Program-made: the position numbers and the translations under genes
The notes under the pieces: model-generated
Databases searched by the model: none
What the model saw: only the letters and a program-made list of their open reading frames with translations
Told to the model about the DNA's origin: nothing
Origin: Sphagnum compactum
Lineage: Eukaryota
Reading direction: 5' to 3'
Assembly (NCBI GenBank): GCA_965153455.1
Contig: OZ234493.1
Location: 6,686,213 to 6,750,212 of the forward strand
Length of the DNA: 64,000 nucleotides
In this document: positions 24,195 through 36,874 of the stretch, in pieces
Numbering within the stretch: position 1 is the stretch's first letter
Layout: every line of letters starts with the position of its first letter

Positions 24195-27100
24195 AAGTGT
24201 TGGGTGGGTATCACATTTTATGATACCCGCCAGATCCGGTTTTCATACAACAATTTCTAAATGGTTTTCACTTTTTTTCATTTTTTCACTTAAATAATCT
24301 TTATTTTATCATTTTTCTTACTAATGAAAAATTACAAATATTGTTACAAACAACTTTTCAACATTAAATAATATTTTATTTATTGAAGTTTTACACTTCA
24401 ACAACTTCATCCTTTTTAAATTCACCTTCAAACTTTTCTAACTCCTCTTTTAGATCTACATCTTTTTCAAGGAATTCCACTAAGTTAGATGGAGACTTAC
24501 AACTTATTCTAGGATCATTAGGACAATTTTTGTTGACAAATATCAACTTTTTAAAAAAATTAATTTGTAAACGACATCTCCTAAGGTTGGTAAGTATTCT
24601 AGCCAAAGAAAAAATTCTTTTTGTTTCAATTTGAGATCAAACAACACCCAAAATTTTTTGGGCTAAAAATCCAACAAAAAAAAACATTGCTTCATGTTTC
24701 TGTCACCACTGAAAAGGGCATTTGATGTCCTTAACACCCAATTGATATTTCCTAAAAATTCAACAACTTCTTCACAAGCTCTTTTGATGGTTCACTTGTG
24801 CTTGCAGTTTGTTCAAAAATATCCAAATTACAATCCTACTCAAAAGTATCTTGGTCAACACAATACTTATCTAACCTTACCAAAGGATGCAAGGATTTTT
24901 TATTGTATTCCTCAACGAGAGCAACACCTTGTTCCTTTCCAACAAATGAGGATATTGTACAAAGACTCTTAAACCTAGGGTCTAATATTAAAGAGATCAT
25001 ATTATGAGCTTTCCTATTTTCATATTTCTTCGAGAATGAAAGGAAAGAATCTAACACATTGATTACCTCATTTCTAATGTTAGAGGCTCGCAAAGATAAC
25101 TCATCAAAAATAATGGAATCATCTTCCATTAGGCTTTTAAATGAAGGAATAATTTTGTTTTCCTCTTTCACTTTCAAACTCATGGAAATAGCAGAGTGTA
25201 AAGCATCACTAAGGAGCCAATGTCCATGAGATTGGTTAAGAACATAAGCAAAAACAATTGGAGAAAGATAATCCACTATAATTTGAGAAATTTGCCAAGT
25301 TAGAGGTGGAGGCACTCACAAATGACTCTCACAGTAATATGTTCGGTATAACAAACATAATGGCAGAACAAAATTGTAAGGCCTCTTGAAACATAATGAC
25401 CTTACTAACAAACCTGCAACACATCCAATAACATAAAAAAAATTGGTTATCTTGTATAATTTAGAACTTTAAAATTTGTAAATTATTGAAATAATAATGA
25501 AACAAAAAGGACTACTTGGTTTTCATAGGAGCATTGTTCAATTTTCTAGGGCGAATGCCAGTCTCAAGACAAGCATTGTTCCATTATTATCTTCCATTTC
25601 CAGATTTATTAAACCAATTGATGCACTTTTGTAAATTTGTTTGAGCAAACTTAACAGAAACATATTTTAGATCTGTACACATTTTTTCTTCTGCAGTGCC
25701 ATATTGACATGCTTTTGAAAAGGCATGCCCAAAGCAAGTGCCCTGAATGCTCTCTTCTAAACCAAGAGATCCATAGTTTACAACAAATATCAATGAAGTA
25801 GTCATTGCATTGAGATTTGACCCCTCATTTTTTACATAAGCAATGATCTTTTTCCTTAAACCATATTTGTCCAATAACTCTGTTAGACTTCTAGCCAATG
25901 TTTGACCAATAGTTTTTGTCGCCTCAAACAAGCCAATAATTACATGTTGTGGATGCCAATCACTACCCAAAAAAGTGATCACTAATGCAAAAACATCATA
26001 AGCTCCCTTAAACATCCAAATATCAAAGTTAAATGATGAAGAAAAACAATCTGCCAATGCAAGAAAAACATATTGTTGACTTGTTTTCTCAACTAACACT
26101 GGCAATATCATTTATGAAAACTACCTTCTAGAAGGGAAATTTAATTTTGGACACAAACACAAAATTAAACTTTTCAGCCACATATTTTCCACAAACTAAA
26201 TTGGTAAATTGTTCTTAACAATCAAAAGGCCCAAGTCTTCTAAAAGTTATTTCTCTGGCACATCCTTTCTTTGGAAAGAATCTTTGACAAAAAAACTTGA
26301 AAATTGACCCGCCAAATACAATCACTTTTTTTTTTGCTAGTTGTCTTTCTTTTCTTCCTTTCAGTGAAAAGTTTACTTCTTCTTCAAACATTTTCACAAT
26401 AACAATGTGCTCTGCATCCACATGTTTTTTAAAGATGTTATTCCATTTGTTTTATAGTAAAAAATTATTCCTTTCCTTGCTTGAGTTCTTGAATTTATTC
26501 CTATTACAAGTTTTTGATAACAAAGGATACAACGCATGATTTGTGTATTTTCAAGATCAATTTCTGTATTATCATTGACACAACAAAAATTCCAACACAA
26601 AGATAATCTTCCATGTGATTGCCAAATTTTTCTTTGTGCATGCAATTTTTTAAGATGTATTCATTTTATGGATTCTTATTTCTATCGATTTGCACGCTTA
26701 CATTTTCTTCCATAATTTCATCATTCATAGATATTTCAATTGTCTCATTATTTCCCATTACAACATTTTCATCTGTAGACGACTATTCCATTGGTAGTTT
26801 TCACAAGAATATTTTTAGAGCTAACTAAGGTACAAGATTAATAGAAAATTCCAAATTCTTTCACAAACAAAAAGAAAAAATAAATCAAATATTCACAAAG
26901 GTTTAGGGTCTAGAAAAAACATTTACAAAAAAAATGGGTTTAAGGGTAAAGTTTTGAAAAAAACATTTACAAACAATGGGGTTGAAGGTTAGTAAACTAA
27001 ATAAAATTACTCATTTTTCTTTCATTAATGTTATAAAAATGTATAATGATAATTTTTTTAGAAAAATCGTTCGTGTTTATGGATATCCTCCACATTAACA

Positions 27101-28319
27101 AATAAAAAATCAAATTACATTCTAAACAAACAAATGATAAGAATCAAAAAAATAAAAGCAAATAAAACAAAACTATTTAGCAAAAACAAACAAACAAAAG
27201 AAAACTAAACACAAAACCAAAAAAAAAAAAACTTCCCTAGTGGTTGCTGGAGAATTTGCTTCTCCAAGCTCCAAGCTCCTCCCTACAAAAAAAGAGGGAA
27301 GAGGGAAGTACCAACTAACAAGGCAGCAAGGCATGAAGTAACAAAACAACAAATGGGGGGGGGTCGTCAAAAAGTATTTTGAGGCAATGCGCAATGGTAG
27401 CGAAGCAAGGCAATGCGCGATGGCAGTGAGGTGAGGCAACGCATGAACGCATGATGGCAACAAGGCGAAGCAATGAGGCAAGGCAACGAAGCAAGGCAAC
27501 GAAGCAAGGTAGCTAGTAGTGAATTTACGCAACGACATGAAAAGGCAACACAACGAGGTGAAAAAACAACATGACGAGGTAATGAGGTAACACAAAAGAG
27601 GTAGTGAGGTAGTGCAAAAGAGGCAACAAGGCAATGAAGCAGCAAGGTAGCACACAAGGCAGTGCAACGAAGCAGCACACAGTGCACAAGGCAATGCGAT
27701 GAGGCAGCACAATGAAGCAGTGCAATGAGGTAGTGAAGAGGCAGCGTGACGAAGCAGCACAAGGCATAGCAAGATGACAAGGTAACAACAATACAAGAGG
27801 CAAAGGAAAGAAACAAAGGGGAAAAAAAGTGAAAGTGAAAGAAGGTGAAAGGTTAGGGAAAAAAAAAAGTAAAGAGAAAGGAAAAAAAAAAAAAAAAAAC
27901 TCTATGATCTAAATCCAAACTCAAAATCTAAACAACACAAAACATTGTAAAATACAACAGACAACACTCAACCTTTGTGAACACAAGTGAAAAAATGCAA
28001 GAAGAAGAACTAAAGTAGAAAAATGCATTTTATAAAAATAATTAAGGTTTTCTAGAAGTGGGCGTTGGAATGTGGTGCCTCCACTTAACCCTAAGTTTCA
28101 CTTAGGATTCTTTTGAAACCCTTACCCGGGTTAGGGGTTAGATCTTAGTCGAGTTTCACTATTTTATTTTTTTTTAAAATTAACCAATTATCATCATCTA
28201 GTTCTCACACAAATGAAAATCGGTGATCCAATTTTTAGGCAGGGTATCATTCAGTGTGATACCTTGAGGGGTTCAAACTCTGATGCCCCAGTGGGATTTG
28301 CAATACCCGCCCAACATTA
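24195..28319 (-). mobile_element. Full-length, decayed hAT DNA transposon (~4.1 kb)
   Basis: TIRs AAGTGTTGGGTGGGTATC / CAATACCCGCCCAACATTA, flanked by the 8-bp sites GTCTAGTG / GTCTAATG. Minus-strand transposase fragments: BED finger (CWNFC..MRCILC..GITSLK), core (FDIWM, CFGHAFSKAC), LDPRFKSL and the C-terminal dimerisation region (RIFSLARILT). Multiple frameshifts. Confidence 0.9.
27300..27810. repeat. Low-complexity GCAAGGCAA/GAGGCA-type degenerate repeat inside the hAT element
   Basis: A purine-rich imperfect short-unit tract that produces the spurious Cys/Leu-rich ORFs at 27173-27816. Confidence 0.75.
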
Positions 28320-31300
28320 GTCTAATGGTCTTTTTTTTTTAAAAGTTATTGAAAATTTTGCTTCCAATGAGAAACATTTTTGCTCTCGATAGAGAGTACT
28401 TAGAGACATAGGTTATGATTGTTGTTGTGTGTCTAGTAAGGGTGGTGTTTGTTGTGTTTAAATTGAGGCCATTAAAGTGCATAAAATTTGATTGAAAAAT
28501 CGATAAGTTATTTGTTACAATATTATGTAACATTGTTTTTATGTTGGTTTTTATGAGTAAAATTTTAGTAACAATGAATAGTGAATTAAAAATGTCCTCT
28601 ATCAATTTGTACTAGTTTGATTGGGATAATTGAAATTGACTATCCAAAATGACTAAAATGATTAAAACTACTAGTTGACACGATTATTCAAAACAAATGA
28701 GATAATTGAAATGATCAATTGATGCGATAATTTTAATTTAATTTATAGGTTATAAATTAATTTAATAATAATATCCATCTTATTTTGGATTGAATTAATG
28801 AAGAGTCCAATACACAATAACATTAGACTCGAACTTCCAACATCCAAAAAAATTCTTTTGGGCTATTTGTTGATAGTTCAATGTCACACATTCAAAGTGA
28901 ATTTTGAATTGTCACTTTTTCAACCGTAACCCACGACCTTTTCCATCCAACCACCTTTTCACATAGTGATGGCATTATTATCGTAGAATGTATAAACACA
29001 CATATTTTTTCAATATTGCACATTATAATTTTATTATATAATTAGGTGATTTCATAATGAATTGATTACAAATGTAAATTTTTCATATCATTATTTAATT
29101 TAATTCATTTTTTAGTTTCATAATTACATAGAATTTTTTTAAAAATATTTCAAAATGTAAAATGCATTGCATGAATTTTAAATAATTTTGATTCTAGTTA
29201 ATTTATTTAAATGTTCGTTTAGTTTTTTTTTAAATCCAATATTTGTAAAAATATTTTATATTTTATATTTTGATTTCAGAAAAAATAAAAGTAAAATAAT
29301 TGTATTATATTTTATTCAAAAATCTTATTGTGAATTGAATTTCACTTTTGGAATTATATACTTTAAATTTGCATGTTTTTAAAATTTTAGGTTAAATTTT
29401 TCTATTATTTAAATTTAAAATTTAAAATTTAAAGACATAAATTAATTAAAAATTTTCATGTAAATTAGTTACATTCCATTATTTGTAATAAATTATAATA
29501 CAACATTTCAATTTGATTTTCCATTTTTTCACATGTCATTTTGTTACATATTTTCAATTGAATTATCCCATGTATTTTATATTTATGTGAATCACTACAA
29601 ACAACAAATGAAAACATGGCAATAATAATCTATTTTCATTTTTTAATAATTAAGTTCAAAAAATAGTTAAATATTTTTTGTATTGTCACATTGTAAAAAA
29701 TAACACTATGATCACGATTAGTCATATTAAATGATTGATTTCAATCTCATTAGTCACATTACTCAAGTTAAACAATTCCACATGGGTGTCACATAACCAC
29801 ATGTCCAACATAATATTTGTTTTGATTAAATAGATAGTTTTTTTAGTCAAAATGGACATATCTAGTTTTGATTTTAATCAAATCAAACATAGTCCGTCAT
29901 TTCAAACAAACCGATTCGACTTCACAATTATTTGAATCGTGATGTGATTAATGAAAATACTTAAAAACAAAACCTTTATACCCAATTAACAATCCTTGTT
30001 GCTATGGCAAAGGTCATTGATGTTCCTAATCCTCTTCTACGGATTGTTGTGAAAAATTATGGCATATATCATTACACCAAAATGCGTCTTAATTCACTAT
30101 AAGTTTCACTAGATTTTGAGTGAATTTGGACATTTTTACCATGGTGAAATTAGTCAACCCCCTAGTGAACAAGGACCAGTTGCAACGGACAATGAATTGG
30201 TCCACTAGTACCTAATGAAATACACATTTATCAAGCCATTTCACTTGTTAGTTAATTAACTAGGTAGTATGGAAATCAATTAAATTATAATTATTTTATA
30301 TTTTATGTAATATTTAATATTATTGATAATTTCATAATTTTCTAACCTATGAATTATTGACACGTGTCACTACTTATGTTAGGTTAAAAACCTAGCCCAG
30401 GTACATAAACTATGTAATCAACCTAAATAGGCACCTACTTTAGGGAACTACATAGGATAATATTTGATCAACTTACCACTATTGACCACAAACACACCAT
30501 TTGTGAGGTTTGATCCCTTGACATTTAATATGGAAGCAAACACCCCTATCATCAAGCCACCGCACTTGTGACAAAAAAAAAATTGTTACATGGGTCCTTG
30601 GTGCAATTTTATTTAAAGGTGTTAAGTTTCTTCAAAAATACATTTCTTTCAAATTTTAACAAATGTTTGGAAAATAAAATTGAATATCTTTGCAAAAAAA
30701 AAAAAAATTCAATTTGAATTTGTTGCACCATGAATAATGTAATATGTTCCATTTTGTGAGTGCCTCAAGATTTTATGCCCATTAAAAGCAAGTCTATAAA
30801 TTGTTGTACCAATTACTGGAACCATATTGGTGGAAAAATATTGTGATGGGTTCATTGGTTTGTGACAATTCTTAAAAGGTTTTGTCATACTACATGAATC
30901 CTAAAAACCTAATGTTTTTCTTGCACATTTAGGTCAATTGCAAGAAAACAAACTTGGTTGTTGTGGTATGGATGTGTGTGGTAGGTCCTCAATTTCAACC
31001 ATGATGGCAACTTCATCTTTTTCTTTGTCATCTTCCTTTTTCTTTCAAGGTCAAAATTAATGCACTTTGTTAATTGAAGAAAATGATATCTCAAACTTCA
31101 ATGTCATTTAAGAATGATGGATAATGAAATTGTGATAGTAGATAATGAAATTGTGATAGTAAGGAAAAATATGATGATGGGATCAAAAAATGTTTTAAAT
31201 TTTGTTTAAAAAATGATTTTCATCAACAATGTTAAGTAATTTTAAAATTATATCGTCATGGGATGAATGGTACACCCACCCCCCTCCGCCCTGCCCCCCT

Positions 31301-33798
31301 ATTGTTGTCAATGACATTATATATGTAGTTTGTGGAAAATTAGGACACCTTGAAAATAAATAATGATTAAAAAAACCCCATTGTCATAGTAGGTTGTTTG
31401 AAGAAAATTAATTAAAGTGCTTAAAAATGAGTTTTATTTTATTTCAAAAATTCATTATCATCAATGACATTAAGTAGTTTAAAAATAATTAAAACATTCA
31501 AGACTCATCATCGTCAATAACTTTAGTTAGATTTGAAGAAAGTTGTGGCACCCCCAAAGAAGAATGAAAAAAACCCCATTGTTGTGAATGACACTTATAA
31601 ATAGGTTTGAAGGCAATTGTGGCACTTTTGGAAAGGAAAAAGAACCCATTGTCATCATCGACAGTGGGTTAAGTGGGTTAATTTGTTTATGGAGAAAAAA
31701 ACGTAAAAAAAAAATAATGACCATGGGGTGGATGTTAGCACAATAATAATAATATAGTTAAGATATATTGAAAATTATGTCATTTAAAACCATAGTCATG
31801 AAATACATTTATATTGGAACTTACATTATATCATTCAATTAATGTAATATCATATAAAATTAGATTGTGTTTTATGAAGCTTTAATTAATTAAGATCATA
31901 GAAAACAAATTGCATTGATAAGAACTTCATGATAAAATAAAACATTCATTTGTAATTTTGATGGAAGATTTATTTATTAAAATCATGTAAATGAAAAAAA
32001 AATCATCCATACATTAGATGAATGAAAAAAGATTCATCCATAATGAGAATGAATGCTTACATTGATTCCCATGTTTATTTTTAGGTTTACCTATACAACA
32101 TTGATTTTGTGATTAAATTCTTGGGTTTTACTTGCATATGTATAAGGGAAGAGATATTTTATCATCCCAAGTTTCAACTCTAGGTTTAAAGCTCAAGTTT
32201 TAGGTTCATGTAATAACAAGCTAGTGTAAGGTAGGTGGAAAAGAAGTTAGGTAATGGGGGAAAGAAAAAAAGGGTAAGGTTTTTAAAGGGGTTCAAGGTT
32301 GTATGGATTGAAGTTAATGGAAGTCCAAGATTTCAATTTTAGTTTATTCAAAATGATGGTTGAAAATGATGGGGTCGAATTTAAATGTAGTTGAGACATT
32401 AAATTTTGATGTGAGAGTGCTTATGGTAGACATGCTAGTGTCCAAACACGTAAGTTTTTAAAGAGCTTAAATTTTTTGAACATAGTTTCATTACATCTTG
32501 AGTTAAAGAGGTATTGTGGATCTCCGCTTGATACACTCATTGTCATGAAGAACATTCAAAATGGACAAAAATAGGAAGAAAAGAGCTTTGAAAATAGTGT
32601 GTACATTGGAATGACAAATATTCAGTTTGGTAGGGTAAGCATTAAGCACTTGGAGCTTAAGATCTTTTGACTTAACTTAGTTGTCTCTAGAGTTCCCATA
32701 GCGATTGTAAAGCTCAAGTTGGTGCGCTCATATCTTTTTGGATCACTCAAAATAAACAAGAAAAAGAAAAATAAAATTGTGAGATTTGAAAATAAAAGAG
32801 AGTTTAATGCATTTTTCAAGCATTTTCTTCTTGCTTCTTGGTTGCTCATGTGCTTTGGAGTTCAAAGAAATATTATAGACCTTCACTTGGCACACCAATA
32901 GTCATGAAAATCGGTAGAGAAAAACAAGAAATGGGGAATATATGGATAAGTGGTCATATATGAAAAAGTGTTCAATTACCAACTTGTGTTCAATGACAAG
33001 CATGTCTACCCTACAATGTAGATATCCAACAGGAATGAAGATGAGATGGTGTTGGAGGGGATGCGGGACACGGAAGATAAGTGGTCCCTGGATGATAACG
33101 TTCTTGATCATCCACGTGGACGGTGAAAATATATTCATCCATGTAGGTGTTTGTCATCCGAGGGGAGAGAGGGAGTAGATAAACTCCGTCGCTAGGTCTG
33201 CCACACATACACACCCATGCGCGTGCGCGAGTTGTATTGTGTCCGGCGTTCCATCTCAGCTCAAATCCGGGATCAGCATTGCTGATACGCGCAAGTAAGA
33301 GCTTCTATCAGCTGGGATTTTCCATCCTCGTCCTTTTGATATGTGACTTGTGTGCGGAACGAATTTTTTGCTGCGCGAAAGTCTTGTGTGGGTGGAAAAA
33401 AAATCACTAGCTCCTAAGTTCCTGCTTTGTTTCGTTCTTTTTCTTTTGTGTTCTGAATTTCATTGTAAAATCTTTGTAGCCAACGATTTCGAGCTGAAGC
33501 GCAAGGCGTGGAAGTGTGCGCAAGCCGTGTCTCGAAAATTGTGCATCGTCACTATTTTTGGGTTCCGTTGTAGATATCCTCCCTCGAGGAATACTTTCAG
33601 AATCTTCTGCGAGTTTGGAGAGAACGAATTGGTCCATATGCTTCGATTATGAGAAACTACAGGATAGATTTGATCAATTAGCTGGAGGTATTGTGGAGAA
33701 GGTGATTAGATAAGGGTTTTCATCTGTGTAATGCAAGCGTAAGACTGGTTCATTGATTTCACGGAAGCTGGTAGCAAGACAAAAAAAGAAATTTGGGT

Positions 33799-34515
33799 AT
33801 GGCGTTCTATACTATCACGGTATCTTTCTCCAGTTCTGCTGCAGCATTGTGTCCCACTCGCTCCGCTCATTGCAATAGCTCTTCGTCCTTCAACTCCTTG
33901 AAATGTAGCGTATTCCCATCTCGTCTATCTTCTTCTCGTCTTGGCACCTCTGGATCATCATCATCATCATCATCATCATCCAGTTTTCTATCAGGGGTTT
34001 CATCTTCTTCTTCAAGGAACCGCCCATTTTCTTCTTGCAAGGAGGTTGAGAAGATATGGGCACTGGCAGCCTCTTCATCGACGGGTCCGGGGGCCGCGGC
34101 TGAAAAGGAAGAAGTGTTCTTTGATGGTGGGCCTCACTTTGGAGACCTTGTGACCAATCTTGTGTTCGGGCTCACACTCGTGTGGCTTCCACTCACCCTG
34201 GCGTCCGTCTTCAGATGTCTCTTTCTTCGCTACAGGTTCACAAATCTGCGAGTGACCATTATGTCAGGACTGACCGGGGATGACCGCAAGGATTTCACAT
34301 ACGAGGTCATCAAGGATGTGCAATTTGTGCCTCGGTTCATTGGAGAGTGGGGAGACATGGTCATTACCCTGACTGATGGTACCAAGGTGGAGCTCAAGTC
34401 CATTCCCAAGTTCAGAGAAATTGCCAAATATTGTCTTGATAGAGCTGGCAAGAAGCCAGCTTCAACCCTCATCTCTAGTGTAAGTGCACCAGCCACTGGT
34501 CCCAAGGGCTTCTAG
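33799..34515 (+). CDS. Plastid-targeted membrane protein with a bacterial PH-like (bPH_2/YdbS-like) domain, cyanobacterial type, 238 aa
   Basis: A Ser-rich transit peptide (~90 aa) precedes EEVFFDGGPHFGDLVTN, a TM segment (LVFGLTLVWLPLTLA), LRYRFTNLRV, VPRFIGEWGDMVITLTDGTKVELKSIPKFREI. This closely resembles the small cyanobacterial PH-domain protein family as recalled. The CDS is intronless. Confidence 0.85.
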   Translation: MAFYTITVSFSSSAAALCPTRSAHCNSSSSFNSLKCSVFPSRLSSSRLGTSGSSSSSSSSSSFLSGVSSSSSRNRPFSSCKEVEKIWALAASSSTGPGAAAEKEEVFFDGGPHFGDLVTNLVFGLTLVWLPLTLASVFRCLFLRYRFTNLRVTIMSGLTGDDRKDFTYEVIKDVQFVPRFIGEWGDMVITLTDGTKVELKSIPKFREIAKYCLDRAGKKPASTLISSVSAPATGPKGF

Positions 34516-35404
34516 ATCTCCAACTAACAAGGAAAACGCTCTGGTCAAATTGAGTTCCCACCTTGTATCATGTCGGAAACCTATTGTTTGTGAGATTGGC
34601 AAATCTGTATTTGCATTGCAAGCAGAAGTCTGTAATGCTCTAACTCAAGTTCTGAGCATTATGGCTATGATTTTTTGGAAAAGTGTTGCTCATTAAGCAA
34701 ACTCATCTGCAGAAGAATCACAAACTTTCTTCTCAGAGATAATTGATCTTTGAGGAGCCATCCTGCCAGGTGATGTACCTTCAACATTGTGTAGCATTTC
34801 TTGATTTTTTGTAAAAGAGCAGATCTGTTGCACAGTTGTTGTCTATAGTTTGGTTGCTATTGAAATCGGTTTCAAGTTTCAATTTCAGGGTGTGCAACTT
34901 TCTGAGTCCTTCTCTCATACATTTGTACACCTTGTCTGAGAATGGCCTAACAAATTTGAAATAGACCATACTTTATTGAAGTGCACAAGAGTGCATGCCT
35001 ATGCTTTCAACTGATAATGCTGTTCTTGGAACCCTCAATTTGTACCTTGGTTTGTACCACCCCTTTCTCTGTCTATACACCTTCCAACAACAAACAAGTG
35101 CTAGTCTTGGAGTACATTATTGCAGAACAGTCAGAACAAGAGTGAAAAATCACTAATTTTAGAGTATCTTGATTTGTGAAGGAATACAAGCCAAATACCT
35201 GTAGCACACATTCTGATTCTAACTCTTTGTATTCTGAATCTTATCAGACAATGTGCAGCCTCCACCTGCTGGACCATCACACTTCTTTTTTGCTTTGCAA
35301 TTTGCAAGTATACATGAATTTCACAAAAGGTGGTTCCAGGTTGTATGCCCAACTGGACTCTAAGCCTTCTTCTTTGGTGATGATGACGAAGCAGGTGTTT
35401 GAGC

Positions 35405-36874
35405 TTAAGAGAAAAGCTGCAAACGTCCAGGGCTAGGTTTCAGGTTGACAACACTTGATTGGTAAAGATTTCGAGCATTATGCTCTTGCACCAGTAGATC
35501 AGCAAAGCAATCGAGGCGATTCTTATTGCTGCTGTTTTCATTGATGGGTTTTTTATCCATGAAGGGAAGGTGCTCCATGCATGGCTTGCTCATCAGCTCA
35601 TCTGCCAGCTTCAACAACCTGTTCACATTACCTTTGCTTCCATCATCCATTGCTGTCAGTGCTCCACTTGGCAAACCTGATACCTATATGACCGAACAAC
35701 AAACAACAATCATCATGAAAGTTTGTTGTATAAAACTGGTTATATACCTGCATACACACAAGTATTGTGTCATTGCTACTAGAATGGCAGTGCCATCAAG
35801 AAGGTTTTGAGTCTCCAGGGTGTTGTCTGTTGAAACAAAAGAAAGAAATTGGCATGAAGAGCACAATTGAAATCATCATGAAAGTTGTTGAAGGAAAACT
35901 GGTTATACCTGCACACGCAAGTATTGATCTGATTGCTCGCCAAAGGACATACTGACATTGTGATCAACCATTTCTGATATGCCATCCAAGACAATCTTCA
36001 TTATTGGCTTTGCCCATTGAAATGCGCCCCATCGTTTAACTTTGCTGTATTTGTACTTTTGATCAAACTGGCCTGTTCCTAGTGACAAGATTAACATATC
36101 GCCCACTCTGTGCACTCCAGGAAACTCTGCTTTGTTGTGAAGAACATGAGCGATGGCTGCTGCAGTTGGATTGTTCATAACAAGGCCCCCATCAATGCCT
36201 ACAATTGAGGTTTTTCCATTCACAGACATCATTTGAGTAGGTTTGAAGAATGATGGCACTGATGATGTTGCACGACAAATCTCCCATAAATTGAAGTTCC
36301 ATTTGTCATCAGTCAAGGCAGAAGCTCTAGAAAACAGCATTGGTCTTGCATTTTGGAGGTCGTAACATGGAATGAGAATTGGCTTCAGAGTATCTCTTAG
36401 AGTGAGAGGCCTGTTGTCTCTCACCAGATGTTGTTTCAGCACCGATTCAAGGGACTTGCAAGAATATCGAGGGGTGGCCATGCCTTTCAACTTGGACCAT
36501 GCTCGATGCGCCCTCGGGATCCTGAAAATGTTCCTCCCTTTCTCCGCTACAAGCCTCCATGCCTCTTCTGCCGTGAAGAGGGGTTGCCCATCCTCTTTGG
36601 CAGTGAAGAGCATGGTTGCAATAATACCTCCCACACTTGTACCTGCTGCAACATCAAAGTACTCTGCAATCCGAGCGTCTGGGTTGCCACTTTTCTCCTG
36701 GAGAGTTCTTTCCAAGTATTCAAGTATCCGTCCAGGGATGATTCCTCGCATACCGCCTCCATCGATGCAAAGAATGCAGACCTTTCCCTGGTATTGTTGT
36801 CGTTGTCCATCAAGGCTCGGCTCCTTGTGTTCTACAGAATTGCTTGAATCATCGACTTTTTCTTGTTTCGTCAT
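35405..36874 (-). CDS. Patatin-like phospholipase A, pPLAIII-type, 2 exons (36874-35909, 35683-35405), ~414 aa
   Basis: DGGGMRG, DVAAGTSVGG, LIPCYDL, IDGGLVMNNPTAAAIAHVLHNKAEFPGV, LSLGTG and YLRVQ. A phase-0 GT..AG intron spans 35908-35684. Confidence 0.93.

Noticed and set aside
27173..27816. Cys/Leu-rich 207-aa and 149-aa ORFs
   Set aside because: They are translations of a low-complexity tract inside the hAT element.
28400..32900. Very AT-rich intergenic block
   Set aside because: Probably old TE debris; no termini or coding motifs could be supported.
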